Below, in pieces: positions 1 through 10,054 of a stretch of 64,000 nt of DNA (position 1 is the first letter of the stretch; the number at the start of each line of letters is the position of its first letter). The stretch lies in contig CAVXWP010000001.1 of the NCBI GenBank assembly GCA_963765495.1, positions 480,001-544,000 on the forward strand, in the 5' to 3' direction. Under the pieces are notes generated by a model. It ran no database searches and was not told the origin of the DNA. It worked only from the letters and a program-made list of their open reading frames with translations. The translations under genes and the position numbers were made by a program. This stretch comes from Blastocatellia bacterium (GTDB taxonomy: Bacteria; Acidobacteriota; Blastocatellia; UBA7656).

Positions 1-798
1 GTTGATCCCATTCTTATCAAGAAACTCTCGGAGATACTGCTCCCGCAAAGCCCTTTGCATTATCCTCGCTTGAGCACGCACCCCAAGCACAAGGCGCTCA
101 CCCCGCTGATCGGGCTTGAGACCGGCTCCGTCAGCATGGCAAAGCAGATTATGCCGAGCAAGGGAGTGCCGTTTTCAATCGAAGACTGGCCCAGCGTGGT
201 GATTCAGGGCCTTAAGGTGTTAAACGAGAACAACTGGTTCCCGGCCATGACGCTCATAGTCGGGAATCCCGGCGAGACAGACGAGGATGTAAAGGCCACA
301 CTCGATCTTATTTACGAGGTGGAGCGGCGAGGGTTATTTGCCTTCTTTATCCCTTCGATCTTCACTCCGCTGCACGACACGCGCATGGAGAAGAAGAAAG
401 GCGTGACCGAAACACAACAGCTCACGCCTCTGCAATGGCAACTGATGATGAAGTGCTGGAAGATGAATCTGCGGCCCGGCCAGTATAGCTGGTGGGGACC
501 GACCGCCTGGCGCGTAGGTTCTATTGTGTTGTGGCTCTACAAACTGAGGCGGCTCAACGGGCCAAACTTTACCTGGCCCCTGTGGTTATTCTCGGGAGCC
601 ATTCCTGAAAAAATGCTCGCGCGCATGGGCAAGATTTACGAGGGGCAACCCATAAAGATCAAGACCCGCAAAGAACTGATCGCCACGATGAAACCTCATC
701 AATTGCAATACCTGCGCGCCGACAACGGAGACCTGCCCGAAGGCTTCACGGCTCCGCCGCCGCTGAGGGCCGGGCACGCCCTCAGAGTCCTTTCGTAA
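1..798 (+). CDS. Radical SAM protein (B12-binding-type family), C-terminal part; 5' truncated by the window
   Basis: Frame 1 is open from base 1 to TAA at 796-798. IGLETGS...TLIVGNPGETDED resembles the back half of a radical SAM barrel. The CxxxCxxC motif lies outside the window. Confidence 0.65.
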   Translation, partial: VDPILIKKLSEILLPQSPLHYPRLSTHPKHKALTPLIGLETGSVSMAKQIMPSKGVPFSIEDWPSVVIQGLKVLNENNWFPAMTLIVGNPGETDEDVKATLDLIYEVERRGLFAFFIPSIFTPLHDTRMEKKKGVTETQQLTPLQWQLMMKCWKMNLRPGQYSWWGPTAWRVGSIVLWLYKLRRLNGPNFTWPLWLFSGAIPEKMLARMGKIYEGQPIKIKTRKELIATMKPHQLQYLRADNGDLPEGFTAPPPLRAGHALRVLS

Positions 799-802
799 AA
801 CG

Positions 803-885
803 TTGACAGGATTTACAGGATTTCCGAAGGATTTACAGAATTAGAAATCTTGTTAAATCCTCCCGAATCCTGTAAATCCTGTCAA
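803..885. repeat. REP-like palindrome, family A (GACAGGATT...AATCCTGTC)
   Basis: Perfect 20-bp inverted repeat TTGACAGGATTTACAGGATT (803-822) / AATCCTGTAAATCCTGTCAA (866-885) between convergent genes. Confidence 0.9.
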
Positions 886-900
886 AAATCCGAACCTTTA

Positions 901-3900
901 TCAATTTCCTTCGGCCTCGCGCACCTGCGGCGAGTGCAACGGCTCGGTCGCCTGTTCAGGCTTGACCTCAATATCCGCCTCTTCCATTTGACCTAGCGGC
1001 TCGGTCTTCTTTTTGGATTCAGCAGACTTTTTGGACTCGGTCGCTTTTTTAGACTCGCCCGTCTTTTTGGAATCGGTCGTCGCGGGGGCTTGCCTGAGCG
1101 CGTTGCCAAACTCTTCGGTCACCTGTTCGGTGCGTCGCGCCTGCTCGGCTTCGGTCACAGGTGGCCTCTGATCGGTTTCCGCCACATCATATTGTTGCGG
1201 GGCGCGTTGGCGCACGGCTATCGAATACTCTTCGTTGGCCGCTTCAAGATCGCCCATCGAATAGAGCACGCGACCGAGGTCCTGATGCGCCTGCGCGTAC
1301 TGACCCCCGCGTTGCTCTATCGCTGTGCGATAAGCCCGCACGGCCTCTTCCTGATTGCGGCTGCGAACATAAGCCAATCCCATCTGATAATTGGCTTCGG
1401 GATAGATGCCGTTTGATTGTTCGATGGCGGTCCCGTAAGCGTCAATCGCATCGGTTATTTCGCCCTTGCGCGCAAGCAGCAACCCTTTTTGAAAGTAAGC
1501 TTCGGGGAAAGTCCCGCCCTGTTGCTTTATGGCGCTTTCGAGTTCCTCCATAGCCTCGTTGTAATTGCCTGCGCGAATGAGTGCGCGGCCAAGTTCATAA
1601 TGGGCGCGGGGAAAGACGCCGTTGCGCTGTTTTATCGCGATGCGGAATTCGCGAATAGCCTCGTCGCCGTGGCCCAGATCATAAAGGACACGGCCTAAAT
1701 CGTGATGGGCCTCGGGAAAGACGGCCTGAGCCGTGGCAGCCCGAGTCGGAGCGGACGGAGTCGGAGCGGACGGAGGCGGCGAAGAGCCCAGTGTCTCTTC
1801 GCCTTCGTCCGAATCGCTGATCGATCCAAAAGATTCGGTGGTGAGCAGCGCCGTTCCGCCGTCGCCTATCACATGCGTCCCGGCGTCTCTCAACTGGTGG
1901 GTCTTTGCGAAATCTTCGCCCGAACGGACCTCGCGTTGAGCAATCGCCATCTCGAATTCCTCGCGGGCTCGTTCGAGCGCGCCGCTTTCATAGAGTGCGC
2001 GGCCCAGATTGCGATGGGCTTCGGCATCCATATTGCCGCGCAATTCGAGCGCGGTGCGAAATTCGGCTATGGCTTCGTCAAGCTGTCCGCGCCCGTAAAG
2101 TATCAACCCCAGATCGTGATGGGCGTTGGCCGCCCCGTCGCCTTGCGCGATAGCCTGATTGAGCGATTCGGCCGCGCGGTCGAGGTTGCCGAGCCTGGCC
2201 ATAGCGTTTCCTAAATTACGATACGCATCGGGGAAGTTGCCCCGCTGCTGCTCGATGGCCGTTTCGTATGCGCGGACGGATTCTTCTATCTCGCCGCGCG
2301 CATACAGGGCATTGCCTAGATTGTAATGGGCTTCGGCGTAACGTCCTCCGCGCTGTTCTATCGCGGTGCGATAGGCGGTGACGGCTTCATTCATTTCGCC
2401 CAGATCATAGAGCGCGACGCCCAGATTGTGCCACGCGGACGGGAAGCTCTCGCCAAGCTCTTTAGTCGCGCGTTTGAGGCTGATTACAGCCTCTTCGAGC
2501 GCGCCGCCCTCATACAGAGCAAGCCCCAGATCGTGATGCGCCACGGCATAAGAAGGGCGCTCGTTGATGGCGGCGCGATAAGAATTGATCGCGCCGTCAA
2601 GGTCGCCCATATCATAGAGCACGCGACCAAGATCGCGGTGCGCTTCGGCGATCTTCGGGTCGGCGGCAAGCGCTGCCTGTAAAGCATCGCACGCCTGATC
2701 GAGGTCCCCCATCTCGTAAAGCGCGCGACCAAGCATGTAATGAGCCTCGGGGAATTCCGAGCCGTGCTGGGTGATGACGTGTTCGCACGCCTCTACGGAT
2801 TCGGAGAGGTCGCCGTGATCGTAGAGCGAACGGGCCAGATCGAGATAGGCGGCCGGGAAATCGGGTTGCTGCTCTACGGCGCGGCGCAACTCAAGAATGG
2901 ATTCGTCAAGCTGGCCCGACCTGTAAAGAGCGATTCCCAGATAGTGGTGCGCCCACGGCATGTCATCGTTGAGCGCAAGCGCGCGGCGGAATTCCGCGAT
3001 TGCTTCCTGGGTGGCCGAAGACTCAAGCAACGCAGCCCCAAGGCTGTAATGCGCCGCCGGGAAGACTTCGTTTTCAGAGATAGCGGCCCGGTAGGAATCT
3101 ATCGCCTTGTCGAGCGCGCCCGTGCGCGCATAAGCGAGACCGAGACTGTAATGCGCCTCCGGGTACGGGGCTTCGCGGGTCTCAATCGCGGAGCGGTATG
3201 ACATTATGGCAGAAGCCACATCGCCTTTCGCGTTATAAGCGGTGCCGAGCCAGAAATGCGCGTCGGCAAATTCGGCGGCCTGCTCTATAGCCATGCGTTG
3301 CGCGCCTATGGATTCGTCGAGCTGCCCCTTGCTGAAATAGGCAAGGCCAAGATCGTGATAGGCTTCGGCGAATTCGCCGTCGCGTTGATCTATGGCTGTG
3401 CGCAGCGATTGTATAGCGCCTTCGAGATCGCCTACGCGATAGAGCGCGCGGCCCAGATTGCGATAAGAACGCGGGAAGACGGGCTGCTGTTTTATCGACT
3501 CGCGGAACTCTTTTGTGGCCTCTTCGAAGCGTTCCAGATCGAAAAATACGAGCCCGAGGTTGTGGTGAGCCTTGGCAAACTCTCCGCCGCGCTGTTCTAT
3601 GGCCGACTGGAATGTCTTGACCGCTTCTTCAAGTTCGCCGCTGCGATAATGGGCGAGGCCAAGATCGTGATAGGCTTCGGGGAAATTCTCGTTCTGCGAG
3701 ATAGCCGTCTTGAATGATTTGATCGCGAGGTCAAGTTTCTGCTCGGCCGAATATATGCGCCCAAGCTCGTAATGAGCATCGGGGTAGCTGCCTCCGCGCA
3801 GGCTGATTGCCGCGCCGAACTGCTCGGCGGCGCTCGCGGCATCTCCCAGATCATAGAGCGCAAGCCCCAGATTGTAATGAGCGCGCGGATAGCGTTGATT

Positions 3901-4842
3901 CTGCTCTATGGCGCTGCGATAGGCTTCAACCGCTTCGCGCAGATCGCCCCGGCGCGCAAGCGCCTGCCCCAGATTGTGATAAGCCCACGGGAAATCCGGC
4001 CTCTGTTGAATGGCGGAGCGGTACTCGTCAATGGCTCCCTGAAGATCTCCCTGCCGGGCAAGCGCGCGGCCAAGTTCGTGATGCGCGTCCGGGTAAAGCG
4101 GCTGCGCTTCGAGCGCGGAACGAAGCTCTGTGATCGCCTCGTCCAGATGGCCCAGACCGTAAAGCGCCCGCCCAAGCTCCAGATGGGCCTGCGGGAAACG
4201 CGCGCGCTGCTGCTCGATTGCCGCGCGAAAGGCCTCGACCGCGCCCTTGAGGTCGCCCATCGCCATAAGCACGCGACCAAGCTCGAACTGTGTATCGGGA
4301 TAGCTGCCGTGCCGCTGATCAATCGCCTTGCGAAGCGCCGAAGCCGCGCGGTCAAGGTCGCCCTTGCGGGCAAGCGTTATGCCGAGGTTATGCCACGCCT
4401 TTGGAAACTCGCCGTTGCGCTGTTCTATGGCCTGATTGAAGGCCGCAGCCGCTTCGTCAAATTCGCCCCGTCTGAGCAAAGCTATTCCGAGATTATGATA
4501 GGCCCACGGATGATTGCCGCCGCGTTGCTCTATAGCCTTGCGATACGAATCCACGGCTTCGGCGTATTCGCCCCGCCGCGCCAGTGTCAGCCCCAGGCTG
4601 TAATAGGCATCCGGGTTTTCAGGTTGCTGATTGATCGAAGTGCGAAACGATTCGATGGCCCCATCAACATCACCCATGTCGAGCAGCGCCCGAGCAAGCT
4701 GATAATGAGCGCGAGGAAAATTGTCTTCGCGCATCTTTATGGCCATTCGATAACTGTTTATCGCTTCATCGAGCCAGCCTTTGTTGTAAAATACGAGACC
4801 CTTATCCAGGTATTGCTGCGCGGTACTCAAAGAGCCTGTCAT
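901..4842 (-). CDS. Giant tetratricopeptide-repeat protein (1313 aa)
   Basis: Roughly 30 tandem units of the form AHxxLGxALxxxGxLDEAIxxxRxAIEQ. No signal peptide. Low-complexity insert and acidic/Lys tail. Confidence 0.9.
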   Translation of the reverse strand: MTGSLSTAQQYLDKGLVFYNKGWLDEAINSYRMAIKMREDNFPRAHYQLARALLDMGDVDGAIESFRTSINQQPENPDAYYSLGLTLARRGEYAEAVDSYRKAIEQRGGNHPWAYHNLGIALLRRGEFDEAAAAFNQAIEQRNGEFPKAWHNLGITLARKGDLDRAASALRKAIDQRHGSYPDTQFELGRVLMAMGDLKGAVEAFRAAIEQQRARFPQAHLELGRALYGLGHLDEAITELRSALEAQPLYPDAHHELGRALARQGDLQGAIDEYRSAIQQRPDFPWAYHNLGQALARRGDLREAVEAYRSAIEQNQRYPRAHYNLGLALYDLGDAASAAEQFGAAISLRGGSYPDAHYELGRIYSAEQKLDLAIKSFKTAISQNENFPEAYHDLGLAHYRSGELEEAVKTFQSAIEQRGGEFAKAHHNLGLVFFDLERFEEATKEFRESIKQQPVFPRSYRNLGRALYRVGDLEGAIQSLRTAIDQRDGEFAEAYHDLGLAYFSKGQLDESIGAQRMAIEQAAEFADAHFWLGTAYNAKGDVASAIMSYRSAIETREAPYPEAHYSLGLAYARTGALDKAIDSYRAAISENEVFPAAHYSLGAALLESSATQEAIAEFRRALALNDDMPWAHHYLGIALYRSGQLDESILELRRAVEQQPDFPAAYLDLARSLYDHGDLSESVEACEHVITQHGSEFPEAHYMLGRALYEMGDLDQACDALQAALAADPKIAEAHRDLGRVLYDMGDLDGAINSYRAAINERPSYAVAHHDLGLALYEGGALEEAVISLKRATKELGESFPSAWHNLGVALYDLGEMNEAVTAYRTAIEQRGGRYAEAHYNLGNALYARGEIEESVRAYETAIEQQRGNFPDAYRNLGNAMARLGNLDRAAESLNQAIAQGDGAANAHHDLGLILYGRGQLDEAIAEFRTALELRGNMDAEAHRNLGRALYESGALERAREEFEMAIAQREVRSGEDFAKTHQLRDAGTHVIGDGGTALLTTESFGSISDSDEGEETLGSSPPPSAPTPSAPTRAATAQAVFPEAHHDLGRVLYDLGHGDEAIREFRIAIKQRNGVFPRAHYELGRALIRAGNYNEAMEELESAIKQQGGTFPEAYFQKGLLLARKGEITDAIDAYGTAIEQSNGIYPEANYQMGLAYVRSRNQEEAVRAYRTAIEQRGGQYAQAHQDLGRVLYSMGDLEAANEEYSIAVRQRAPQQYDVAETDQRPPVTEAEQARRTEQVTEEFGNALRQAPATTDSKKTGESKKATESKKSAESKKKTEPLGQMEEADIEVKPEQATEPLHSPQVREAEGN

Positions 4843-5181
4843 AATATTGAAACCCCTCGTTAAATCAGAAAAAGTGGTTGCCTGATAATATCACGCGACA
4901 GCCGGACACAAAAAGTGGGGAGAGATGAGCTTGCAAGGGATGAGGTAGGATGAGATACCTCCGGGCCTGCCGCCTATACTATTCGAGCCGACGCGGCTCT
5001 ATTATTACACCAGCGCAAAGAGTTTTATCAAGCAGTACATGGCCAATCGATTTATCGGGAAGTGCTTTGAGCCGAAGGAGCAGCTTTCTTTGAGACCCGG
5101 CCTATTCCCATTTGCTTTCGGCTCAAAGTGATATTCAACACTGTTTATGTCGAATGCCGACGGATCAAAATTGAATAACTC

Positions 5182-6072
5182 TTACTCGGAAGCGGGCGCG
5201 GTTTCGATGAGCATATCAATAAATCGGCGTGCGGCGGCGGTAAAGACTTTGCCCTTGCGATGGATGATGCCGATGGGGCGAGTGAAATTACGCGTAAAAT
5301 TGACTGCGCTCAGGGTTCCGGAGCGAAGCTCGTTTTCGACCGTGGCTCGCGGGACTATCGTAACACCGAGATCGGCCTCGACCGAGCGTTTTATCGTCTC
5401 AATGTTATCAAACTCCATAACGTATTGAACGGTTGTATCGTAGGAGCGGAGTATCTTATCGACGGCCTTACGAGTAGGAATATCGCGCTCGAATCCTATA
5501 AACCGCTGCCCGCCGAGCGCGTTGATGTCAATCCGTTTGCGCGAAGAGAATTCGTGATCGGGGCTGCATACGAGCACAAGCCGGTCGCTGCGAAAAGGGA
5601 TGATCTCGATCTGAGGCCGCGCCGCAGGGTAAGCGACTATGCCCATGTCAACGGAGCTTGCAATCACATCTTCATAGATCTTATTTGTGCGGCTGTATTC
5701 GATATGGATGTTGACCTGCGGGTATGATTTGATAAAGCGTTTCAGCAGGGGCGACAACTCGTGAAGCCCGACCGAATAAATAGTCGCCACGCGAACCTGT
5801 CCGCCCACAACATTGCCGAGCCCCTGAACCTCTTCGGTCAGGTTGTCGAACCGCTCGATGATCTCGCGGCACCCCTGATAAAATGCCAGCCCGGCAGAGG
5901 TAGGAACCAGCCCGCCCCGGCTTCTTTCGACCAGCTTGCGTCCGAACCGTTCTTCGAGGCCGCGCACCTGCTGGCTGACGGCCGATTGCGATACGAAATT
6001 CATGCTCGCCGCTTTTGAGAAACTGCGCGTCTCTATCAAATCGCAGAAGACTTTCAAGGATTCGATGTGCAT
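5182..6072 (-). CDS. LysR family transcriptional regulator
   Basis: N-terminal HTH (SFSKAA...SQSAVSQQVRGLEERFG) plus substrate-binding domain; 296 aa. Confidence 0.95.
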   Translation of the reverse strand: MHIESLKVFCDLIETRSFSKAASMNFVSQSAVSQQVRGLEERFGRKLVERSRGGLVPTSAGLAFYQGCREIIERFDNLTEEVQGLGNVVGGQVRVATIYSVGLHELSPLLKRFIKSYPQVNIHIEYSRTNKIYEDVIASSVDMGIVAYPAARPQIEIIPFRSDRLVLVCSPDHEFSSRKRIDINALGGQRFIGFERDIPTRKAVDKILRSYDTTVQYVMEFDNIETIKRSVEADLGVTIVPRATVENELRSGTLSAVNFTRNFTRPIGIIHRKGKVFTAAARRFIDMLIETAPASE

Positions 6073-6196
6073 AACAGAGCCTTATCCTGCATCTCGGTGC
6101 CGCTCGACTTACTTATAGCATATCTCATCAGCGGGCAGTAAGCCTTGCTCTTTCATCCGAGCGCCAATAGTTTATACTCGATGCGTAAAAAACTTA

Positions 6197-6249
6197 GACA
6201 GGATTAACAAGATTTTCTTTTAATCTTTTTGATTCTTGTTAATCCTGTC
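6197..6249. repeat. REP-like palindrome, family A
   Basis: GACAGGATTAACAAGA (6197-6212) / TCTTGTTAATCCTGTC (6234-6249). Confidence 0.85.
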
Positions 6250-6273
6250 AAAAAAATCCACTGGAGGACGTGA

Positions 6274-8382
6274 ATGAACAGGCCCATCAGGTACATTGTA
6301 CCGCTCTTGCTCGCGTTTATCGCCAACGGAATTTCGCTTACCGCTCTGGCATCAACACCAACTAATGAGGCGGCAACGCGGTTCTTCCCGGCAAAGGATT
6401 TGATGAGGATAGGCGTTTACTACTATCCCGAACACTGGCCCGCCGAGCAATGGGACCGCGACTTCGCAAAGATGGAAGCGATGGGATTTGAGTTTGTCCA
6501 CATGGCGGAATTTGCCTGGGCATTCATGGAACCGGAAGAAGGCAAGTTCGATTTCGCGTGGCTCGACCGGGCGGTAGAACTGGCCGCGCGCCATCACCTG
6601 CGCGTTATTCTTTGCACCCCGACTCCCTGTCCTCCCGCCTGGATGGCTGAAAAATACCCCGAGACTTTTCTTGTAGGCACAGACGGGCGGCGCAGGGAAC
6701 ACGGCTCGCGCGGCAACAACGCGCTTGCCGACCCTACTTATCTGCGGTTGAGCCAGCGCGTGATCACCGAGATGGCCCGCCGCTATGGTCGAAACCCTGC
6801 GGTCTGGGGCTGGCAGTTGGATAACGAGCCGATTGCTCAGCCCGATTACAGCCCTTCGTCCGAGCAGGCGTTCCGCAAATGGCTCGAAGCCCGCTACAAA
6901 ACCATCGATGTGCTGAACCGCGAATGGGGGGCGGCTTTCTGGAGCCTGAAATACAACAGCTTTGATCAGATACGCATTCCCAACCCGACTATGCTTTACG
7001 GTCCGAGCCCGCACGCCATCCTGGATTTCCGCCGCTTCACGGCTGACCAGACGGCGCGGTTTTTGAACTGGCAGGCCGGTCTGCTTCGCCGCGACACCGC
7101 GCCCGCTCAATGGATCACGACAAACTACATATCCAACATAGGCAGTGCCGACCCGCGCCGTTCGGATGCGCTCGACTTTATCTCTTTCACGATCTACCCG
7201 GTCAGCGGCGGCCACAATCTGGGCGAAGACGGATTCCGGCTCGGGTGGCAGGACGGAATCGCTTTCGCCGGACCTTTCTACAAACACATCAAAGGAGCTA
7301 CGGGCGTGATGGAGTTGCAGCCCGGTCAGGTGAACTGGGCGTGGGTCAATCCGCAGCCTATGCCCGGAGTCGTGCGTATGTGGCTCTGGCACGCCTTTGC
7401 CGCCGGGTGTTCTTTCGCCTCTCCTTACCGCTTCCGCCAGCCGCTCTACGGCAGCGAGCAATATCATTACGGCATAGTTGGTACGGATGGAGTGACGCCC
7501 TCGCCGGGCGGTCTGGAGTATCAGCAGGTAGCGCGTGAAATGGCTATGCTGCGGACGAAATACGATGCGGCCCGAAAGCCTCCGGCTGATTATCTTGCGC
7601 GCCGGACGGCCATCCTCTGGAATCACGAAAACCTCTGGAACATAGATCAGCAAAAACAGAGCGGCATGTGGGATACGTGGGGGCACATGTTCCGCTATCT
7701 GGAAAGCGCCCGATCCCTTGGCGCGCCGGTCGATTTCCCCTCTGAATCGGATGACTTTTCGGACTATCCGGTGTTGATAGCCCCGGCCTACCAGTTGATA
7801 GATGAAGAACTGGTTCGCAAGTGGACAAGGTATGTTGAGCAGGGCGGCCACCTCGTGCTGACCTGCCGCACGGGACAGAAGAAGCGCAACGGTCAGTTGT
7901 GGGAAGCGAAATGGGCCGAGCCTATTTATCCGTTGATCGGCGCTGAGATCTCCTTCTTCGATCTTCTGCTGAATGACGGCAAGGGAGAGGTCACGATGAA
8001 TTCCGCCACTTACCCGTGGAATGTCTGGGGCGAGGTTTTGAAACCGATGGCAGGTACGGAGGCGGTTGCCACCTATTCAAATCAATTCTACGCGGGACAG
8101 ACGGCGGTGACATATCACCGCCTCGGCAAAGGCAGCGTCACATATATCGGCGTGCACACAAAAGATGGAAGGCTCGAAAAAGAGGTGCTGCGCGAGGTCT
8201 ATAAACGGGCCGGAATCGGTGTAGAAGACTACCCGGAAGGCGTTTATGTAGACTGGCGCGACGGCTTCTGGGTCGGAGTGAATTATTCTTCGAGCCCTGC
8301 GGAAATCAAGCTGCCCGATAAGGCCGAAATTCTATTTGGAAGCCGGACCTTGAAACCCGCAGACGTGCTTGTGTGGAGATAA
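6274..8382 (+). CDS. Beta-galactosidase, glycoside hydrolase family 42, with signal peptide
   Basis: GVYYYPEHW, AEFAW, WQLDNEP (acid/base), MELQPG (nucleophile), GSEQYH; GGAGG RBS. Confidence 0.92.
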   Translation: MNRPIRYIVPLLLAFIANGISLTALASTPTNEAATRFFPAKDLMRIGVYYYPEHWPAEQWDRDFAKMEAMGFEFVHMAEFAWAFMEPEEGKFDFAWLDRAVELAARHHLRVILCTPTPCPPAWMAEKYPETFLVGTDGRRREHGSRGNNALADPTYLRLSQRVITEMARRYGRNPAVWGWQLDNEPIAQPDYSPSSEQAFRKWLEARYKTIDVLNREWGAAFWSLKYNSFDQIRIPNPTMLYGPSPHAILDFRRFTADQTARFLNWQAGLLRRDTAPAQWITTNYISNIGSADPRRSDALDFISFTIYPVSGGHNLGEDGFRLGWQDGIAFAGPFYKHIKGATGVMELQPGQVNWAWVNPQPMPGVVRMWLWHAFAAGCSFASPYRFRQPLYGSEQYHYGIVGTDGVTPSPGGLEYQQVAREMAMLRTKYDAARKPPADYLARRTAILWNHENLWNIDQQKQSGMWDTWGHMFRYLESARSLGAPVDFPSESDDFSDYPVLIAPAYQLIDEELVRKWTRYVEQGGHLVLTCRTGQKKRNGQLWEAKWAEPIYPLIGAEISFFDLLLNDGKGEVTMNSATYPWNVWGEVLKPMAGTEAVATYSNQFYAGQTAVTYHRLGKGSVTYIGVHTKDGRLEKEVLREVYKRAGIGVEDYPEGVYVDWRDGFWVGVNYSSSPAEIKLPDKAEILFGSRTLKPADVLVWR

Positions 8383-8414
8383 GGCAGCCCGCCAACGGCA
8401 GAAAAGCAAGTTGA

Positions 8415-8517
8415 AATAGGCCGGGACGGACGCGGATCGGGCGGATATACGCGGATCTGAAACCATATGATCTGATCCGCGTTGATCCGCCTAAATCCGC
8501 GTCCGTCCCGGCCTATT
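8415..8517. repeat. MITE/REP-like element, family B (AATAGGCC...GGCCTATT)
   Basis: Perfect 23-bp terminal inverted repeat AATAGGCCGGGACGGACGCGGAT / ATCCGCGTCCGTCCCGGCCTATT with internal CGGAT/ATCCG units. Confidence 0.9.
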
Positions 8518-8630
8518 GCCCTTCTCCAATCCATGCACTTTGAATTAACGCCTGCACATTCGCCCGCCGCGTTGACTTGGCGAGAGAAAGTTTATAACGT
8601 GATTTATGGGGACGTTCTTGAATTGAAAGG

Positions 8631-9560
8631 ATGAGAATGAAGATAGGCATATCGCTTCCGCAACTGGGGCCGCAGGCTTCGCCGGAAAATCTGATCCGCG
8701 TGGCCGAACGAGCCGAACAACTTGGATACGATTCCGTCTGGGTGCTCGAACGCTTGATGGTTCCGCTCAACCCGCAGGAACCTTATCCCGCATCACCCGA
8801 CGGGAAACTACCCGATACTTACAAGATAGTCTTTGATCCGATTGAAACGCTCACCTTCGTCGCCGCCCGCACAAGCAAAGTGCGGCTCGGCACAAGCGTA
8901 CTAGTTTTGCCTTACCACACGCCGATTGAGCTTGCGCGAAGGCTTGCCACACTCGATGTGCTTTCAAACGGGCGCGTCTCGGTAGGCGTGGGCGCAGGCT
9001 GGTCGCACGATGAATTTGAGGCCGTGGGAACTCCCTTTAATCGGCGCGGTGCGCGCAGCGACGAATTTCTTCAAGCGATGATCGACCTCTGGACCGATGA
9101 CCCCGTGAAATTCGACGGCGAGTTTTATCACGTCGCCGAAGCTTACGTAGGCCCAAAGCCCGTTCAAAAACCGCATCCGCCAATCTACGTGGCAGGCTTT
9201 GGCGATTTCGCGCTCAAGCGCGCAGTCAGGTACGGGAATGGCTGGAACCCTTCCGGCGTTCCAAATTTCGAATGGTTTGAAGCGATGCTCAAACAGCTTT
9301 ACGAGATCGCCGGGCGCGAAGGGCGCGAGACGCCCGAAGTCGTGGTGCGCGCGTTTACTCTTGTGCTCGACAAGGCAGCGGGCGAAGGTCGCGGAGTCAC
9401 TATGGGCAGCCTCGACGAGATCAAGCAGGACATAGGGCGTATGCGCGACCTCGGAGTGACCGAATTGATCCACTCCCCGCCTGAAATCGGTTTCACCGAT
9501 TCGCCCGACATCGAGCCGGGCCTGGCGCTGATGGAACGGTTGATTGAAATCTCGCGTTAA
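8631..9560 (+). CDS. LLM-class (luciferase-like) F420-dependent oxidoreductase
   Basis: AEQLGYDSVW, TSKVRLGTSVLVLPY, LATLDVLSNGR, PKPVQKPHPPIYVAG; adjacent to cofG/cofH. Confidence 0.9.
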   Translation: MRMKIGISLPQLGPQASPENLIRVAERAEQLGYDSVWVLERLMVPLNPQEPYPASPDGKLPDTYKIVFDPIETLTFVAARTSKVRLGTSVLVLPYHTPIELARRLATLDVLSNGRVSVGVGAGWSHDEFEAVGTPFNRRGARSDEFLQAMIDLWTDDPVKFDGEFYHVAEAYVGPKPVQKPHPPIYVAGFGDFALKRAVRYGNGWNPSGVPNFEWFEAMLKQLYEIAGREGRETPEVVVRAFTLVLDKAAGEGRGVTMGSLDEIKQDIGRMRDLGVTELIHSPPEIGFTDSPDIEPGLALMERLIEISR

Positions 9561-9565
9561 GAATT

Positions 9566-9613
9566 ACAGGACAGGAATCACAGGACAGGAATCACAGGGC
9601 AGGAGTCGCAGGC
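9566..9613. repeat. Degenerate 14-nt tandem repeat (ACAGGACAGGAATC)
   Basis: ACAGGACAGGAATC x2 followed by a degenerate copy, filling the LLM-PPOX spacer. Confidence 0.6.
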
Positions 9614-9623
9614 GGCGCTCGAT

Positions 9624-10052
9624 ATGGATGATAGAGTGCGAGAGTTTATAAGCAGTCACGCGGTTGCGCGGCTTGCAACCGTGGACGGCGACGGGCGGCC
9701 TACGGTCATACCCCTCTGCTTTGTGCTTGACGGCGATCACATCTATTCGCCTGTTGACGAGAAGCCGAAATCCGTAGCCCCCGCCCGGCTCAAGCGCGTT
9801 CGCAACATAGAGGCGAATCCGCACGTCTCGCTTGTGATAGACGACTATTCGGAAGACTGGAGCCAGCTTGCTTATGTGCTCGTAGGCGGGCTGGCCGAGA
9901 TCGTCAAGCCTGAGGATAACCCCACCGAGCGCGAGCGCGTCATCCGGCTGCTGCGCGACAAGTACACGCAGTATCGCTCGATGGCGCTCGAAAATCGGTT
10001 GCTGATAAAGATCACACCCATCAGAATAAAACAATGGAGCGCTCAACGGTAA
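9624..10052 (+). CDS. PPOX-class probable F420-dependent oxidoreductase (Rv0121-like)
   Basis: VARLATVDGDGRP, VDEKPKS, LKRVRNIEANPHVSLVIDDYSEDWSQL, KYTQY. Confidence 0.88.
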   Translation: MDDRVREFISSHAVARLATVDGDGRPTVIPLCFVLDGDHIYSPVDEKPKSVAPARLKRVRNIEANPHVSLVIDDYSEDWSQLAYVLVGGLAEIVKPEDNPTERERVIRLLRDKYTQYRSMALENRLLIKITPIRIKQWSAQR

Positions 10053-10054
10053 AA

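Noticed and set aside
1090-4863. Many long plus-strand ORFs (e.g. 3772-4863, 363 aa)
   Set aside because: Antisense shadows of the repetitive, GC-rich TPR gene; no motifs.
6352-7851. 499-aa minus-strand ORF
   Set aside because: Lies fully antisense to the GH42 gene and has no recognisable domain.
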